A stretch of 63,883 nt of DNA, the filler included, from Phoronis australis (lineage: Eukaryota > Animalia > Phoronida), in the NCBI GenBank assembly GCA_002633005.1. It is 8 parts of 8 records of this genome, joined end to end, with 100 filler letters (N's around TTAATTAATTAA, not from the genome) between each part and the next. Parts side by side here need not be neighbours in the genome. Positions count along the whole stretch, not along the records: positions 18,638 to 35,455 come from NMRA01001288.1; positions 35,556 to 39,939 come from NMRA01002607.1; 6 more parts are not named here. One strand, given 5' to 3'. The notes under the pieces were generated by a model. That model was not told the DNA's origin and made no database searches. It was given only the letters and a program-made list of their open reading frames with translations. Made by a program: the position numbers and the translations under genes. Of this stretch, positions 25,754-38,324 are shown piece by piece (position 1 is the first letter of the stretch; each line of letters begins with the position of its first letter).

Positions 25754-28700
25754 TGTTATGTCTTGTCAAATGTAGCTCACTGCTGTTTTTAATGTGACAC
25801 ATTGTGTATATTAATTTTTGTAAATGTTACTTTTTATTCACCATTTATTCGCGTGAATGCATCTGACATTATGAGTTTAGGTATTAGCACTTGGTACCTA
25901 TGACGTCTTTTCTAGTGAAGCACTGGTTTCTATGAAGTATACAAAATGAATACAAAGCATCCCTCTTTATCTTTTGGCATTACCATTTTTAAAACGCAAT
26001 TTATAAGAATGATTAAAGTTCTTACTAATGGTAGAGGCAAAGGTTTAAAAATACCTTGGATACTTTCATCCAATATACCTTCTTTAATAATAAAAAATGT
26101 ATGGTAGCAGCAAGCCGTAAGTTGGTATCTTTCTAAAATGTATGTTTTGTACATTGGTGAAAATTCCTCGTTTGTTTAGTGTTATTTAAATTGCTGCATC
26201 TTCATTGCGTAGACGTGCCAATTTTTAAGCTGCAAGAACAATCTTCACACACAATCTTGGATTTCTTACTTGCATTGTTGAAAGCTTTGTATTAGTTGTC
26301 TGACAACATTTATTTAGTGTATTTTTATATTTAGTTTGTGTTGTAAAAGTGTCTAAAATTATTGTCTATGAGCTATATAAGCATATATCTGGTCATAGTA
26401 TAATCATAAATATGTCGTGTTCAAAATGTTGAAATAGATTATACCGGCATACTCATCTGGGATATCATCCAGGTATTTGAATTGGGGAACTAAAAAATCT
26501 GGTGTTGGGTGAGAATGAGTGCTTAAAAAGAAAAGTTTTGAGAAATCTAGGGTGTTTGCCTGTCTGAACGGTTAATCGCGTTAACACCCAAGGAGCTACA
26601 TAGACATCGGACTTCATGTGACAGTCAAGTAAAGGACCACTGCATTGAAGACACTATAGTAAGCAGCCTAGAAAGGAGTGATTTGGCATCTTAATTTAGT
26701 AGCATAACCCAGCAACAGTTCCCAAAATGCAAACATTACAACTTTGTGATGAGCTTGGCACTTGCTGCTTAGGCAAATGTATTCATTGTTTTTTTACTGT
26801 GTACAATCAAATGAGATATAGCATATTGAGTATAGTAAAGAGCATGACTCCTCCAATAAAGAACAGAAGAGTATGAGTATTTTCTCACCAGATAAGGCAA
26901 GGTTCTGCTGAAACTGGCAAATTTCTAGTTGAATACTTTTAAGAGTTAAAACTCAAATGAGGGCATTCACAAAGACACACTGAGGCACTTAGTTTTTGTT
27001 TTAGGTGACCTCGGTGTTCAGCAGTTTTCTTAACCTTTCCAAGTCTCCAGTTAATGTTTTTCAAATAAAAGTCTTTCTCTTACCAGGAAGTCTCGATCAT
27101 ATGAATTGGGGATGGGTGGTATATGAAGCATTGGCGTTAACCCGGACAAGTATGATAAAAACAACAAAAACTCAACGATGTAGACCATAGACACCAGCAA
27201 GATATAGTCCAATGTTAGGTATGTCGGGTATGTCCTTGCTTTTAGTCACTGACAACTCTTGTAAGGACACAAAGTACAAAGGGGTGTCCAATGTACGAGG
27301 AACTTCTTCAAACAGGTCCTCCAATAAAACCAAAGTGTCACGATGTAAAAAATTTTCCGACTTTTCCATGTGCTTTCATTCGAGTTAGGATGATAATTTA
27401 CAATGGTTTCTGTGCTTCCTGAGGTTAAAGATGAGGCTTTGTGGTGCATCTGCATTGTTTTTGAAATTATATTGAGCTTGGAAATACATTTTCATGTTCA
27501 GTGCAATTTTAACAGTCTTGTTATTTAATTAATATTTTGTGATTTGTGTGTACATTATCTCAATAAACTAATAAACCATTCTTACCATTTAAAGCCTCTG
27601 TTTCAAACAATACAGCTGACTGGTGTAGCCATGTGGTATTTTGTGGTCAAAGCTGAACTAAATTTATATTGCAGTCATCAGAAAGACTAGCTCATTACTC
27701 AATCATTGAGGTCTCCATTGTTGATGTAAATGTACACGACATGTTCCTGTTTCTGAACATTTCACTGAACTGTTGTCAAGCACATGAACAGGAATGTTCA
27801 TCAACACCCCTCATGAAATCATAGTTGCAGAATGTCAAAATGAGCACTTGCACAAGAGGTCCGATGCTGCAGGGACTTGCAACGATATCCACTCTACAAA
27901 TTGTTCACCAAAGTCCAATCGCTCAGACATGAACATTGGACTATACTTGGTCCGTTTTACACCTAGGGCTCTGAAACTGGGGAGCAAAAATGAAATTTAG
28001 AGAAGACAGGGTAAGCAATTACCCAAACAGTTGATCGGGTTTACTTGATGCGTAGTAATCTACATTGATATCGGGCTTTACGGGCAAGAGGACTCAAATA
28101 AAACATTGACTGATTTTAGACACTGAATTTCTTTCAGAATATGTGATATTCCCTGTCATCTCCTCTATTTACCCCATTGACCGATTATTCACCAATTTTC
28201 TTGGCTTACACTTAAATAAGGTGAGGGTAGACTTTTGATTTAATTTCAATAACCTATAACGAAAAATTGTTGAGTGGCGAAACAAGGCGACTTAATATTT
28301 CTTGGTTTTCCATCATTTACTGTGGTTGGAATGGGCTTAAATTTTGGCTTACAAAGAGTTTCATATTTTAACTTACTTTGAATTTAGTTGTTTTTAACCA
28401 GCCAGTCATGCTCAATGCAATTTTAACATTGAGTAGGCTCTTTTAATCCTGAACTTCATCCGTGCAATATGTGAAGCAGCTGTGGTACTTTTTCAATTTG
28501 TACAATGCATACTTTCTAAAACAAGTCCGGGGTATACCCATGGCGAGAAATCAAAAAATCTCCATACCTTTATTAGACTTACCATAACCATGAATTCTCA
28601 TGAGAGCAAAATTTGAAATCTGGGTGAACTTATCTTTCTACAATTAATATATTATGTAATCCAGTATGAAGAAAATCATCCTCGGCATCACTTGTCTTAC

Positions 28701-29624
28701 ACTAATCACCCTTGCATTTATTGAGTCACAAACAATAAGGTCCTCAATTCCGTGATGTTGCATATTTGTAAAATATATGAACTATAAAAAGTTATCAAGT
28801 GTTCTTGGTCACTTTCTTGTTTCTCAGTTTTGTTTTCCACCACTGCATTTAGTGTTGAGATACCTTCCAATTCCAAATAGCATTTTTGTCTACATCCTGA
28901 AACTAATCTACTCCACTATTTTGCTTTGGAAAACATTTTTGATATTAGTAAATTCTGTTCCATTAACACCTCTGCAAATGCTCATTGCCACATGCACCGT
29001 CAATTGAAGCTACCTAAGGGTTTCTGGTAGGTTAGAACCCCCCCTCCCCCCGAGACTTTGTACCCAAAGACTAATGAGGCCCCAAGGGGAACTAGAACTT
29101 TGGCAAATAAGGTGGGACTCTTTGGAAAACTTGAATTGTTGACAGCAACGTCTCATTTGGTTATGGGTTTCCACAATACATTGCAAAGAGGGTTGATTCA
29201 CTATAGCGGGAGTGTGGCTAATGAAAACGAAGTTTGGAAATGCCTAAATTTGAAAGGAGGTGAACTTAGCAATGTTTTAACCATCCTTTTATTAATAAGT
29301 GATAAAAGTACAATATGCTCAACAGTTGTTTACAAATGAGCATGGGCGACTTTTTATTTTACTCATAAGATCTTTACACCGGAGTTAGTTTTACACTTTA
29401 AGGCAAAATGTGTTTTAAAACACACCTACTTAAAATATTTCAAAGGCAGTTTTGAAAGAACCAGTGACACACATTAATACTAAAAAATGGCAATTGCAAT
29501 CTGACTCGCACAAAATGTCACACTGAAATTTACTTCACAAGGACCATGCAAAGTGGTCTTCCCCAGCATAACGATGGTCAAAATGAGGTCAGCTGAAACC
29601 AAACACCAAGTAGACCACCATCTT

Positions 29625-31210
29625 TCATCTGCCTAACCTGTACCCTCCACCCTGTCCACCACCGCCTCCTCTGCTGTTATTTCCTGCTCGATTATTCTGT
29701 TCTACTGCATTTGCACCTCCTTGACTCCATTTGCAAACAAAGAACAGAGCTAATGCAAATATCAAGCCTCTGAATCCACCAATTAGAAGAGCCAAAAGAA
29801 AACCAACTGACACAATAGGCTCCACAGTATATTGCATTAGGTTCCACTGAGGCACACCCGCTTGTCTAAGTCTTTCATTGGCATTATCAAACAGTGAAAT
29901 GCCTTGCTGATATTGTCCTTGTTGCTGCTGATCATCATGCCTTATAAAGCCCTGCAAAAAACAAAATAAGGATAACAGTTCCATATTTGCAATCTGGATA
30001 TCCAGGTTATGATATGCCATGGTGTTACTTTTTAATGCATGTATTTCACTGGCCGTTCATTCTGAATGAATGAATCTGGAACTCAGTTATCTCAGTGATA
30101 GAACTTGCTCAGATTATTGCTGCTCGATATTGTCTGCAGCCTGCATTAATTGGTAACATACGTCTCTGTTTCAACGCAAACAACTCATCTTCTAAAATGG
30201 GGTACCTTTGAAGATTTCGCCCACACGAAGGTCAGATACAGATTGGAGTTGACCATAGTGTCCGAGAATGGTTACAACATGGCAGCAACTCGATTCTGTT
30301 CTGAACTGTTCAAATAAAGGTGGAACGTGGTTCCTTTGGCACGGCAGTATGTTAACAGAGATAAGAAGTTAACTCACAAGTGGTTGTATACCGAACCACC
30401 CGTATTTCAGAACCATAGCACAGAACTTTGCTTGAATGTCAAATTATAACTTTTTTCATCAAATGAAGGTTATTGGCCAGTCTAATTAAACCAAGTTAAA
30501 AATAAGCTACAATGCTATACTGACAATTTGTACCAGAAAAAAATGACATTGCAATTTAATCATCAACATAGTTTCATAAGTAGTGAATGGCCCATCCCTT
30601 TATATATAATAATTGCAGGTGGTCCGATACACGTTGTACCACACGTGCGTAGGCCACGCATGTGGGCCTATTTCACTGATCACCTGGAACCATTCTTGTG
30701 CTTTATTTAATATATAGTTAAAACCAAGCTGAGGAGCTAGACAACCTGACACAAGCGTCTAGCAGAGTGGCACAGCGAGACTCGAACTCATGACCTCGAG
30801 TAAAGAAAGTGGGTAACTATCGCACCATGCCAAACTGCCTCCTCTGTCCGCCTCTTGGTATAATTTGCTTTTCCGAGCCTGCACTGGAAAACGCTTACTA
30901 GACATGACTCATAGCAACTGGCTACATTTGCTACTAAGAATCAATTTGCTTATTATAGCTTTTAACAAGAAATAGTAGACCTATGAAACTATACATACAA
31001 AATTCTTGATGATCACACAATATTACAATTACACAAATATTGTGTCCAGATATTTGTTACGAGGAAAGGATCAGTCAAATTCCGCCGAGAAGTCCTACAA
31101 ACTTCTCAGTCTAAATCTACCTGTCTCTGTCTGCTATTTGCTTGGTTCCTCCTTTCCACACGGGGGTCATTGTCCTGCACAATTTCACCATTACTTAGTA
31201 TTCTCACCAT
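29625..31210 (-). CDS. FAM241B: FAM241 family (DUF4605; C10orf35/C4orf32-like) small membrane protein, 138 aa, 2 coding exons
   Basis: Exon 31210-31121 (MVRILSNGEIVQDNDPRV...) spliced in phase 0 to 29951-29625 (SLFDNANERLRQAGVPQWNLMQYTVEPIVSVGFLLALLIGGFRGL...). Both motifs are typical of FAM241A/B; the A/B assignment is nominal for an invertebrate. Confidence 0.88.
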
Positions 31211-31384
31211 CACACTGTTTTCTNNNNNNNNNNNNNNNNNNNNNNNNNNNNNNNNNNNNNNNNNNNNNNNNNNNNNNNNNNNNNNNNNNNNNNNNNNNNN
31301 NNNNNNNNNNNNNNNNNNNNNNNNNNNNNNNNNNNNNNNNNNNNNNNNNNNNNNNNNNNNNNNNNNNNNNNNNNNNNNNNNNNN

Positions 31385-31653
31385 TGTGTGTCCAGACAGT
31401 CAATTGTACCAGTCAATGTGTGTCCAGACAGTCAATCATACCAGCCAAACTGTGTGTCCAGACTGTCAATCATACCAGCCAAAGTGTGTGTCCAGACTGT
31501 CAATTGTACCAACCAAACTGTGTGTCCAGACTGTCAATCATACCAGCCAAAGTGTGTGTCCAGACAGTCAATTGTACCAACCAAACTGTGTGTCCAGACA
31601 GTCAATTGTACCAACCAAACTGTGTGTCCAGACAGTCAATTGTACCAGCCAAA
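31385..31653. repeat. 34-bp minisatellite, ~8 visible copies, running into an N gap
   Basis: Unit TGTGTGTCCAGAC(A/T)GTCAAT(TG/CA)TACCA(A/G)CCAAA(C/G) at 31417, 31451, 31485, 31519, 31553, 31587, 31621, plus a 32-bp first copy; no spacers. Confidence 0.95.
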
Positions 31654-31875
31654 GCTTTCTCCAGAATGAAATGACGTTACAGAAAAATCCATCTGGATAA
31701 AATATACCCAGAATTTTGACAATTATGTGCTAGTTTTCCTTCCACTTTCGTCATTAGCCACATTACACCCGTGCTTTCAGTCAAAAAGTTTTGATTTAGG
31801 CTAGCTGGGAAATTTTTCGCAAATTGTCAAATTAGTCAAAATAGTTGAGATTTTTGGAGGTAAAGTGAAGCATCC

Positions 31876-31924
31876 GCACACAAACACACATACACACACA
31901 TACACACACACACACACACACACA
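31876..31924. repeat. (CA)n microsatellite
   Basis: Interrupted CA dinucleotide run. Confidence 0.9.
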
Positions 31925-32099
31925 TAAGACAACTGGCGCAAGGCGGAAGTTGTCGCTCTGTGCATGGCAATGAACAGCTTATTCAAGTACAGTGCGAAAA
32001 AAGATCCATCTACTGCCACGGGAAATAGTACACCCGAAAAGTGTACCCGGCCAACCTCGCGTAAGTTATATGACAATTTGTTGTATATTTAATACACTA

Positions 32100-32497
32100 A
32101 TTAACTATCAAAACAGATATTCCCGTTAACAAATTTTTTCTTCCAGCAGTCCTTTGTTTAGTTCCCAAAATCGGAAATTGGCCAATTTTAACACTGCGCG
32201 CTGCAGGTGGTATAACGTCATATCCCCTGGCATGCGCTGTGTAAAAATGGCCAGTTTCCAATTCTGGAAACTGAACGAAACACTGCTTGAAGACAGTTTG
32301 ATGATAACGGGAATATTTGTATGAGTTGGAAGGAATTAAAGACTTCAACGGCCTCCTCAGATGTGCCTTTATGCGTAAAAGGTACTTTTAAGAACATGAT
32401 ATTTTAATCAGTGTGAGGCATAATTTGGTGAAAAGCTTGCGGTGTATGGGAGCTTCACCGTCTCTACAGGCAAGCTAAAGACAATGGTCACTGTCTA
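32100..32497. mobile_element. Diverged, internally deleted relative of the 34294-35232 foldback element
   Basis: Shares CAGCAGTCC..AGTTCCCAAAATCG and, in the opposite orientation, GAGTTGGAAGGAATTAAA...GAGGCATAATT...AATGGTCACTGTCTA with the long TIR. Left boundary approximate. Confidence 0.6.
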
Positions 32498-32737
32498 GGT
32501 ACATACATGTCACCCCTGCTGACTCAGTTCAGACGGTGGTACTGTCTACATGTTGATGTAAGGTTCACCACAGCCACTTTGACCCAGCTCATCAACGATA
32601 TACTAAAATGAAAAGCTAAGATCTGTTTATAGTGTACTGTCGAGGGGTTGATTAAACGTGCTTGGAGGCAATTACATCGTCTTGGTTGGGCAGACATATG
32701 CCAACCGAGGCCAAGGGGCTACATGTTGTTGCCAAAC

Positions 32738-33493
32738 TAGCCAGCCAGCTAGCTGTATGAAGACTGTCGTCAAAATACAGCTAGGTACCACTGTGTGTAT
32801 TTCTTCTGTAGACCCCGAAATTGCATACAGCCAGGGTAGCTCGTCACCTCGCCGTGAAACTTGTATCAACATGTAAAGCTAAAGACCGGACAGGGTACAT
32901 GCAAAATCTGGGAATTAACCGACACTCACCTTGCCCGTTACAGCCGTTTAAGTGAAAAACAATGCAATAAACGTCACTTTCTTGCCGAACTCTCCGCCTT
33001 TTCTAACAATGAAAAATATGTCGTTGTTTTGAAAACAGTATGCTCGTGTCACATGCATGTGCCATTTCCTAAATTTTTGCGACATCTCTCGAGAGATGAT
33101 GATAGCTTGGCAGCAGCAAAATTTCTTCTGAAATTCGGTTTTTCGGTATCAAAATTCTAAAAACTTATGAAGTGAAACCAGTTCCGATAATTTGTTGTGA
33201 TGTGTACGCAACCTCATGAAAGAACAACATTTGATTGAAGAAACTAGGTAATAGGTGACGCAATATTTCATGGCGCTGAAACCTGCCGCTAAAGCTCGCT
33301 TCACAACTTTAGCAGCAGAACAACGGTAGAACGCCATTTTTTCCAACACTGTAAAATAATTTAGTTTACTCAAGGAAGACTGTAGTTTTAAATGACACTA
33401 ATTTTGTGTCAGATTATATCATACCACTTTTTTACCCAAATCGGTTCAATGCTGTATATTTAGTATACAGCTTTGTACCAAGGCCACAAGGGC
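32738..33493 (+). mobile_element. Academ-like (AcademH-type) non-autonomous DNA transposon, copy 2
   Basis: Colinear with 19285-20173 without the nested MITE; TTGCCAA occurs on both flanks (TSD remnant). Confidence 0.75.
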
Positions 33494-34118
33494 TTGCCAA
33501 GGCAAAAGGTACCCACTCATCCAAGGCTTTACCACTACTAGGTGGCGATGTGTGTACACACCACACTTCGCTAACAGGTAGCGCTGCTTTTAATAAATCA
33601 TGTCACTTGTTTATATCAGGTAATCAGACAAGTATGAGACCATCAACCTTCGGCGTTGATAGACTAGTAGCGATTTTTTTAATAATCTTGACTCAACCCA
33701 ACAATCCTTTTCAGAACTAACCCAACAGTCCTGGTCACATATTATATTTGTTCCTAAAGTATTTTAGAGTGATTTAGATTGTAGTAAATCATAGATTAGT
33801 TTTTAATTAGAATCGTATATTCCTAGTGTGCTAAATTGTGAAAAATTGTTGACAGCTTTTTGTGGGGTAGATTTTTCAGTAGGAAGTCGGCCAGTAGGAC
33901 TAGTGCACTATTTGGGGTTAAATGACTGAAGCCAATGCAGTGGGCCTTTTGCACACACATTTTGACTTTAGTTAAGTCAAATGAAATAAAATTCATTTTC
34001 CGACTTGTCTGATAGTGTTGAAGCAAAAAACCAGAGAACATACCGACCGAGGCTTTTGAACGGTCTGCCCTGCAAAACCACTCCTGGCCATCCGCCCTCT
34101 AAAGGCCACCTCCGTTGC

Positions 34119-34151
<33 letters not shown>

Positions 34152-34293
34152 NAAGTGGAGTGCTGACATCCTATCTGGTCATGGATTCTACCGTTGTGGT
34201 GGGTGCCAAAGTAGAAAATTTGGCAGCATGAGAGTCAAGAATCTAAACCATTCAGCCAAACGGCAATAGCTGCTTGGCGAGCTTATATAACCT

Positions 34294-35232
34294 TAGGCAA
34301 TGACCATCGCCTCTGTTGGCCCGAACCAGAGGCGATGCAGCTCCTATAGGCGCTCTGTACGCCAGAAGCTTTTCGGCGAATTATGCCTCGCACCGACTAA
34401 ACCATCAAAGTCACGCTGTTATAAATACCTTTTGCGTATAGAGGAACACCTTAGGAGGTTGTCGATGTGTTTAATTCCTTCCAACTCAAAGAAATACTCC
34501 CGTTATCAAACTTTTTCTTCTAGCAGTCCCTACTTCAGTTCCCAAAATCGTGAACTCAACATTTTTATACTGCGCACGCTCCAATTTTTACCGCCCTCGC
34601 TAGGTGATGTGACTTCAAGACCTCAATCTTTAAATAGACTAAAGGTGAGCCATTGTGGTCTTGTCAGTCAAATGTTCGTTTCCAAAATGCCACCACTTAT
34701 ACTTGTCTTTAATTGGCGTTACTTGAAACTGATTATTTCAATGAATTATTATTTGTAGTTGATAAAAATAAATGCGGTTGATATGACATTTAGTAGTCTT
34801 TGTGCACATATTTGACATTTTAATGTTTAACAATGTACGGCAAATGCACGGCTGGTTCCCGGCAACACTTACGCAAAGGGCGGGAACTTCAGCTTTCAAA
34901 GTTCGCCGGTAGGACCGCAACTTCTGACCTTCGGCCTTTTTAAAAAAATCTTTTGGTGTGCGCCAAGTGAAAATGTTGAGTTCACGATTTTGGGAACTGA
35001 AATAGGGACTGCTCGAAGAAAAAGTTTGATAACGGGAGTATTTGTTCGAGTTGGAAGGAATTAAACACATCGACAACCTCCTAAGGTGTTCTTCTATGCG
35101 CAAAAGGTATTTATAACAACGTGACTTTGATGGTTTAGTAGGTGCGAGGCATAATTCGCCGAAAAGCTTCCGGCGTACAGAGCGCCTAGGAGCTGCATCG
35201 CCTCTACTGGTTCGGGCGATGGTCATTGCCTA
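34294..35232. mobile_element. Foldback/MITE with ~270-bp TIRs, TAG...CTA termini and 3-bp TSD (Academ-like)
   Basis: 34294-34567 is the near-identical reverse complement of ~34968-35232 (hence mirror ORFs 34300+ and 35226-); cct|TAGGCAATGACC ... GGTCATTGCCTA|cct. Confidence 0.85.
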
Positions 35233-35806
35233 CCTTGTTCTATACTTTTTTGATAGGTTTACCACAGAGTGATGACCAGAACGATCCGGACGGTCTGAAA
35301 TTTCTATGCGAAGTTAAGACACAGTGGTTTCTATCGGTATTTGACCTTAGTCTTAAGTCATACAGCCAGCCAGGTATTTGAATATGAGTAACTCGGTAAC
35401 GCCAACGGCGGTGTCTCGCCTGGTGAAGATGGGATCGACAGCTCGATATCAATAANNNNNNNNNNNNNNNNNNNNNNNNNNNNNNNNNNNNNNNNNNNNT
35501 TAATTAATTAANNNNNNNNNNNNNNNNNNNNNNNNNNNNNNNNNNNNNNNNNNNNCACTGTTTGGGTTGTTGCCCAAGACTGGCTATTAAACATCCACTG
35601 TTTGGGTTGTTGCCCAAAACTGGCTATTACACATCCACTCTTGAATTTTCAACAACATCCAGTTTGAATGCCTAATGCTGTGATGCAGACACTTGAACAT
35701 TAACTCACTGATCTTTCAGTTTCTCAAATTTAATGTCCACAGTATGAAATCTAATGAACCTAGAAAGCCTAAAGATAGTAAAATTGTCCCTTGCTTCACA
35801 CCCTAC

Positions 35807-38324
35807 CTTCAATGTCTTATTATTCTTTTTGGTCTTCTTCAGGAACTGTTTGAGCGACCCTGATGACATGTACTCGGTTATAAATATCACCTGCAAGTAT
35901 AAAATACAGCTAACACACCCAACCTGCCATGACCAAATGCTCATTACTGTTGACAAGATAACATCCTGCGTGTTAGTCCAACCTGCGACTGAAATTGCAC
36001 CTGCATCCCCAAAATGTTGACAAAACTATTCTAAAATATGTACTCTAAAATTGTTTTACAGGGAACTAGAAGCCTTTTTCACATTCTAGGAATCCCAAAC
36101 CTTCTTTCTGCATAAGTTAGGCACAAGAGCAATGTTGATAAATTAAAACTGCAGAGAAGTGACGAACATTTTTCAGACACTGCTTAGCTGACTCTCTAAC
36201 TTACAAACTTTGCATGCTACACACAACGAGCACTTCTCACTCAACAGCTGCACTCTTTGTTCAAACTGAGTGCAAATTCAACTGTAGAAAACATAAAACC
36301 CGTCACTTCAAACATATTTTAAGTTTTTAACTGAAAATCCAAATACAACAGCAGGATGAAATGCAGTTTTAATTATTCTCCTTCTTGGCACTCCAGTCAC
36401 CAGCTCTGGTGAGAAGTACTCGATATCAGCACTGGAGCTGTATGACTGGTTGTGTTTGGAGCTAAAACTAAAAAAATGTTTTTCTGTGCAATTAAGATTT
36501 GTGAGTAATACAGTCAATAACTTGTCATATCTTGGTTTGAACAAGCAGTTCTATGGGCCTGTGCCCAGTTGCATGAAACAGTTCCAAATAGGGAATCAAC
36601 CAAGTTTCCAAAATCATTCGTGAATTTGCATTGTTATTTAGTCACAGCCATAATATCTTTCAGTGATGTTACTTTCATTATGATCTCTTTGACTATTATG
36701 GCATTTTCTAATAAAACAACAATAAACAGAGTCGTTAGTTCAATGCAAATAAATTAGGAGAGTTGAATAAAAAATCCCTACTAATTTCCATTGATACTAA
36801 GAATTCAACATAGCATACACTCTTGATTTGTATATAACTTTGTTGATTCCCTGGTTGGGACTGTTTTATGCAACCAAGCACTGGAAACCCAAAAGTTTTG
36901 TTTTAAAAACAAGAGCTAGCAGACTTGAAAGTAATGTTACTGAGCAATAGATAACATGCGGATCGAGCAATAACAATAAATACTTCTGAGCAACAGACAA
37001 CATAAGAAATTCAACAATCTTTGTTAGGAGCTCACAATAGATTTGCACTCACCCTGGGTTTATCGCCTTTGGTATCTGTCCAGTATTTGTGGAACTTGAC
37101 AATGTTGGCGTGCTCCAACTGGATCAGGTTGTCAAACACTTGCTTGATCTTGTCCTGAAGAAAAATATTTAATTAAACCACAGGAAGATGTTGTGCCAAT
37201 AGAAAAATATTCACTTCATACCAGTAGATCATAGCCTCGGAAGCAGAACGTGAACTCCATCTATAAATTAATAAGATAATGAATAAGCTAACTCACTGTA
37301 TTAAAAAATCTGTCTGAAGTTTTTAACCAAAACATATTGTTCAGTATGAACACTGGTTTTCCATCATGCATGACTATCTATTAGATTTCTAATGCAAGCC
37401 CAACTGGCCCAAGGAACACAGATTTAGCCTCTGGTGAGTTGTGTCACCGTATTAGTTATCCACCATTACGGGTGGTTGCATTAAAAATTTACGGGTGGTA
37501 GGCTGAAGAAATAAATGAAAAATATGGGTGGTGGGTGCTCAAAATAGGTGCCTTCCCCCCCTCCCATACAGATTTTACTGGAACAGCCCTAACTGCACCA
37601 CTTCACCCCTTCACAGATTATCCATTCCCCATCACTCTCCCAAGCAGACTGTTTTTCAAAGGGACTATTGAATTTCGTATTTTGATTAAAAGTCTGAAAT
37701 CTGACTACCATTTTTGTATCTTGCATTTCTAGAAACGTTTTGTCTTCTGTCTAGTTCAGCGGATTTCAGATTTCTGTTTTTTGACTTCCAGTTGAAGACC
37801 AACGTTCTGACTTTCATCCTTAGCTTGTTTTTGAGAAACAGGCTAAGCTATCCATCCATGGACTGATTTTAGCCAAGGACAGACGACAAAAAGCAGATAC
37901 ACTCCCCAAGAAACAGGCCCCAGATCTTACACCTGTTGTGCCTCATAAGTCAAAGAACTGCATCCCATTCTAGCTTATCCCACTACTACTCTCCACAACA
38001 CTTTAGGCTCTTCTAACCACAACACCCAGATCCCTCTGCTGTGCATTACAGATCTTCTCAGAGAACCAAACATCATCACAGATTACCCTGGCTCCCTTAC
38101 CACAACACCCAGATCCCTCTGCTGTACGTTGCAGATCTTCTCAGAGAACCAAACATCCGCACAGATCACCCTCCCTTAACCACAACGCCCAGACCACTTA
38201 CTTGTTGTGCCTTAAAGTTCTTTTTCTCTGAGAATTGCACCTCATTCCAGACCACCTCCATGCCTTCCTCTGTGTCCATAGCCAAAAAGGCACAGTCGAT
38301 ACCTGGCACATCACGCTGGGTAAC
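35807..38324 (-). CDS. NRBP1: Nuclear receptor-binding protein (NRBP/Madm pseudokinase), three internal exons; partial
   Basis: Exons 38324-38202 (VTQRDVPGIDCAFLAMDTEEGMEVVWNEVQFSEKKNFKAQQ), 37154-37053 (DKIKQVFDNLIQLEHANIVKFHKYWTDTKGDKPR), 35890-35807 (VIFITEYMSSGSLKQFLKKTKKNNKTLK); all phase 0, GT-AG. First exon and 3' part absent from this contig; last donor slightly uncertain. Confidence 0.92.
38014..38196. repeat. ~83-bp tandem duplication in NRBP intron next to a donor site
   Basis: ACCACAACACCCAGATCCCTCTGCTGT...CAGATCTTCTCAGAGAACCAAACATC occurs twice plus a partial third copy. Confidence 0.85.

Noticed and set aside
27203-27945. 14-bp inverted match TATAGTCCAATGTT / AACATTGGACTATA
   Set aside because: Does not extend and has no TSD; compatible with chance in AT-rich DNA.
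31385-31653. CRISPR-like 34-bp repeats and Cys-rich repeat ORFs
   Set aside because: Head-to-tail units without unique spacers, no cas genes, eukaryotic context; the ORFs are by-products of the minisatellite and the N gap.
34300-35226. Two near-identical ORFs on opposite strands
   Set aside because: They are the two TIR arms of one non-autonomous element, not a gene pair.
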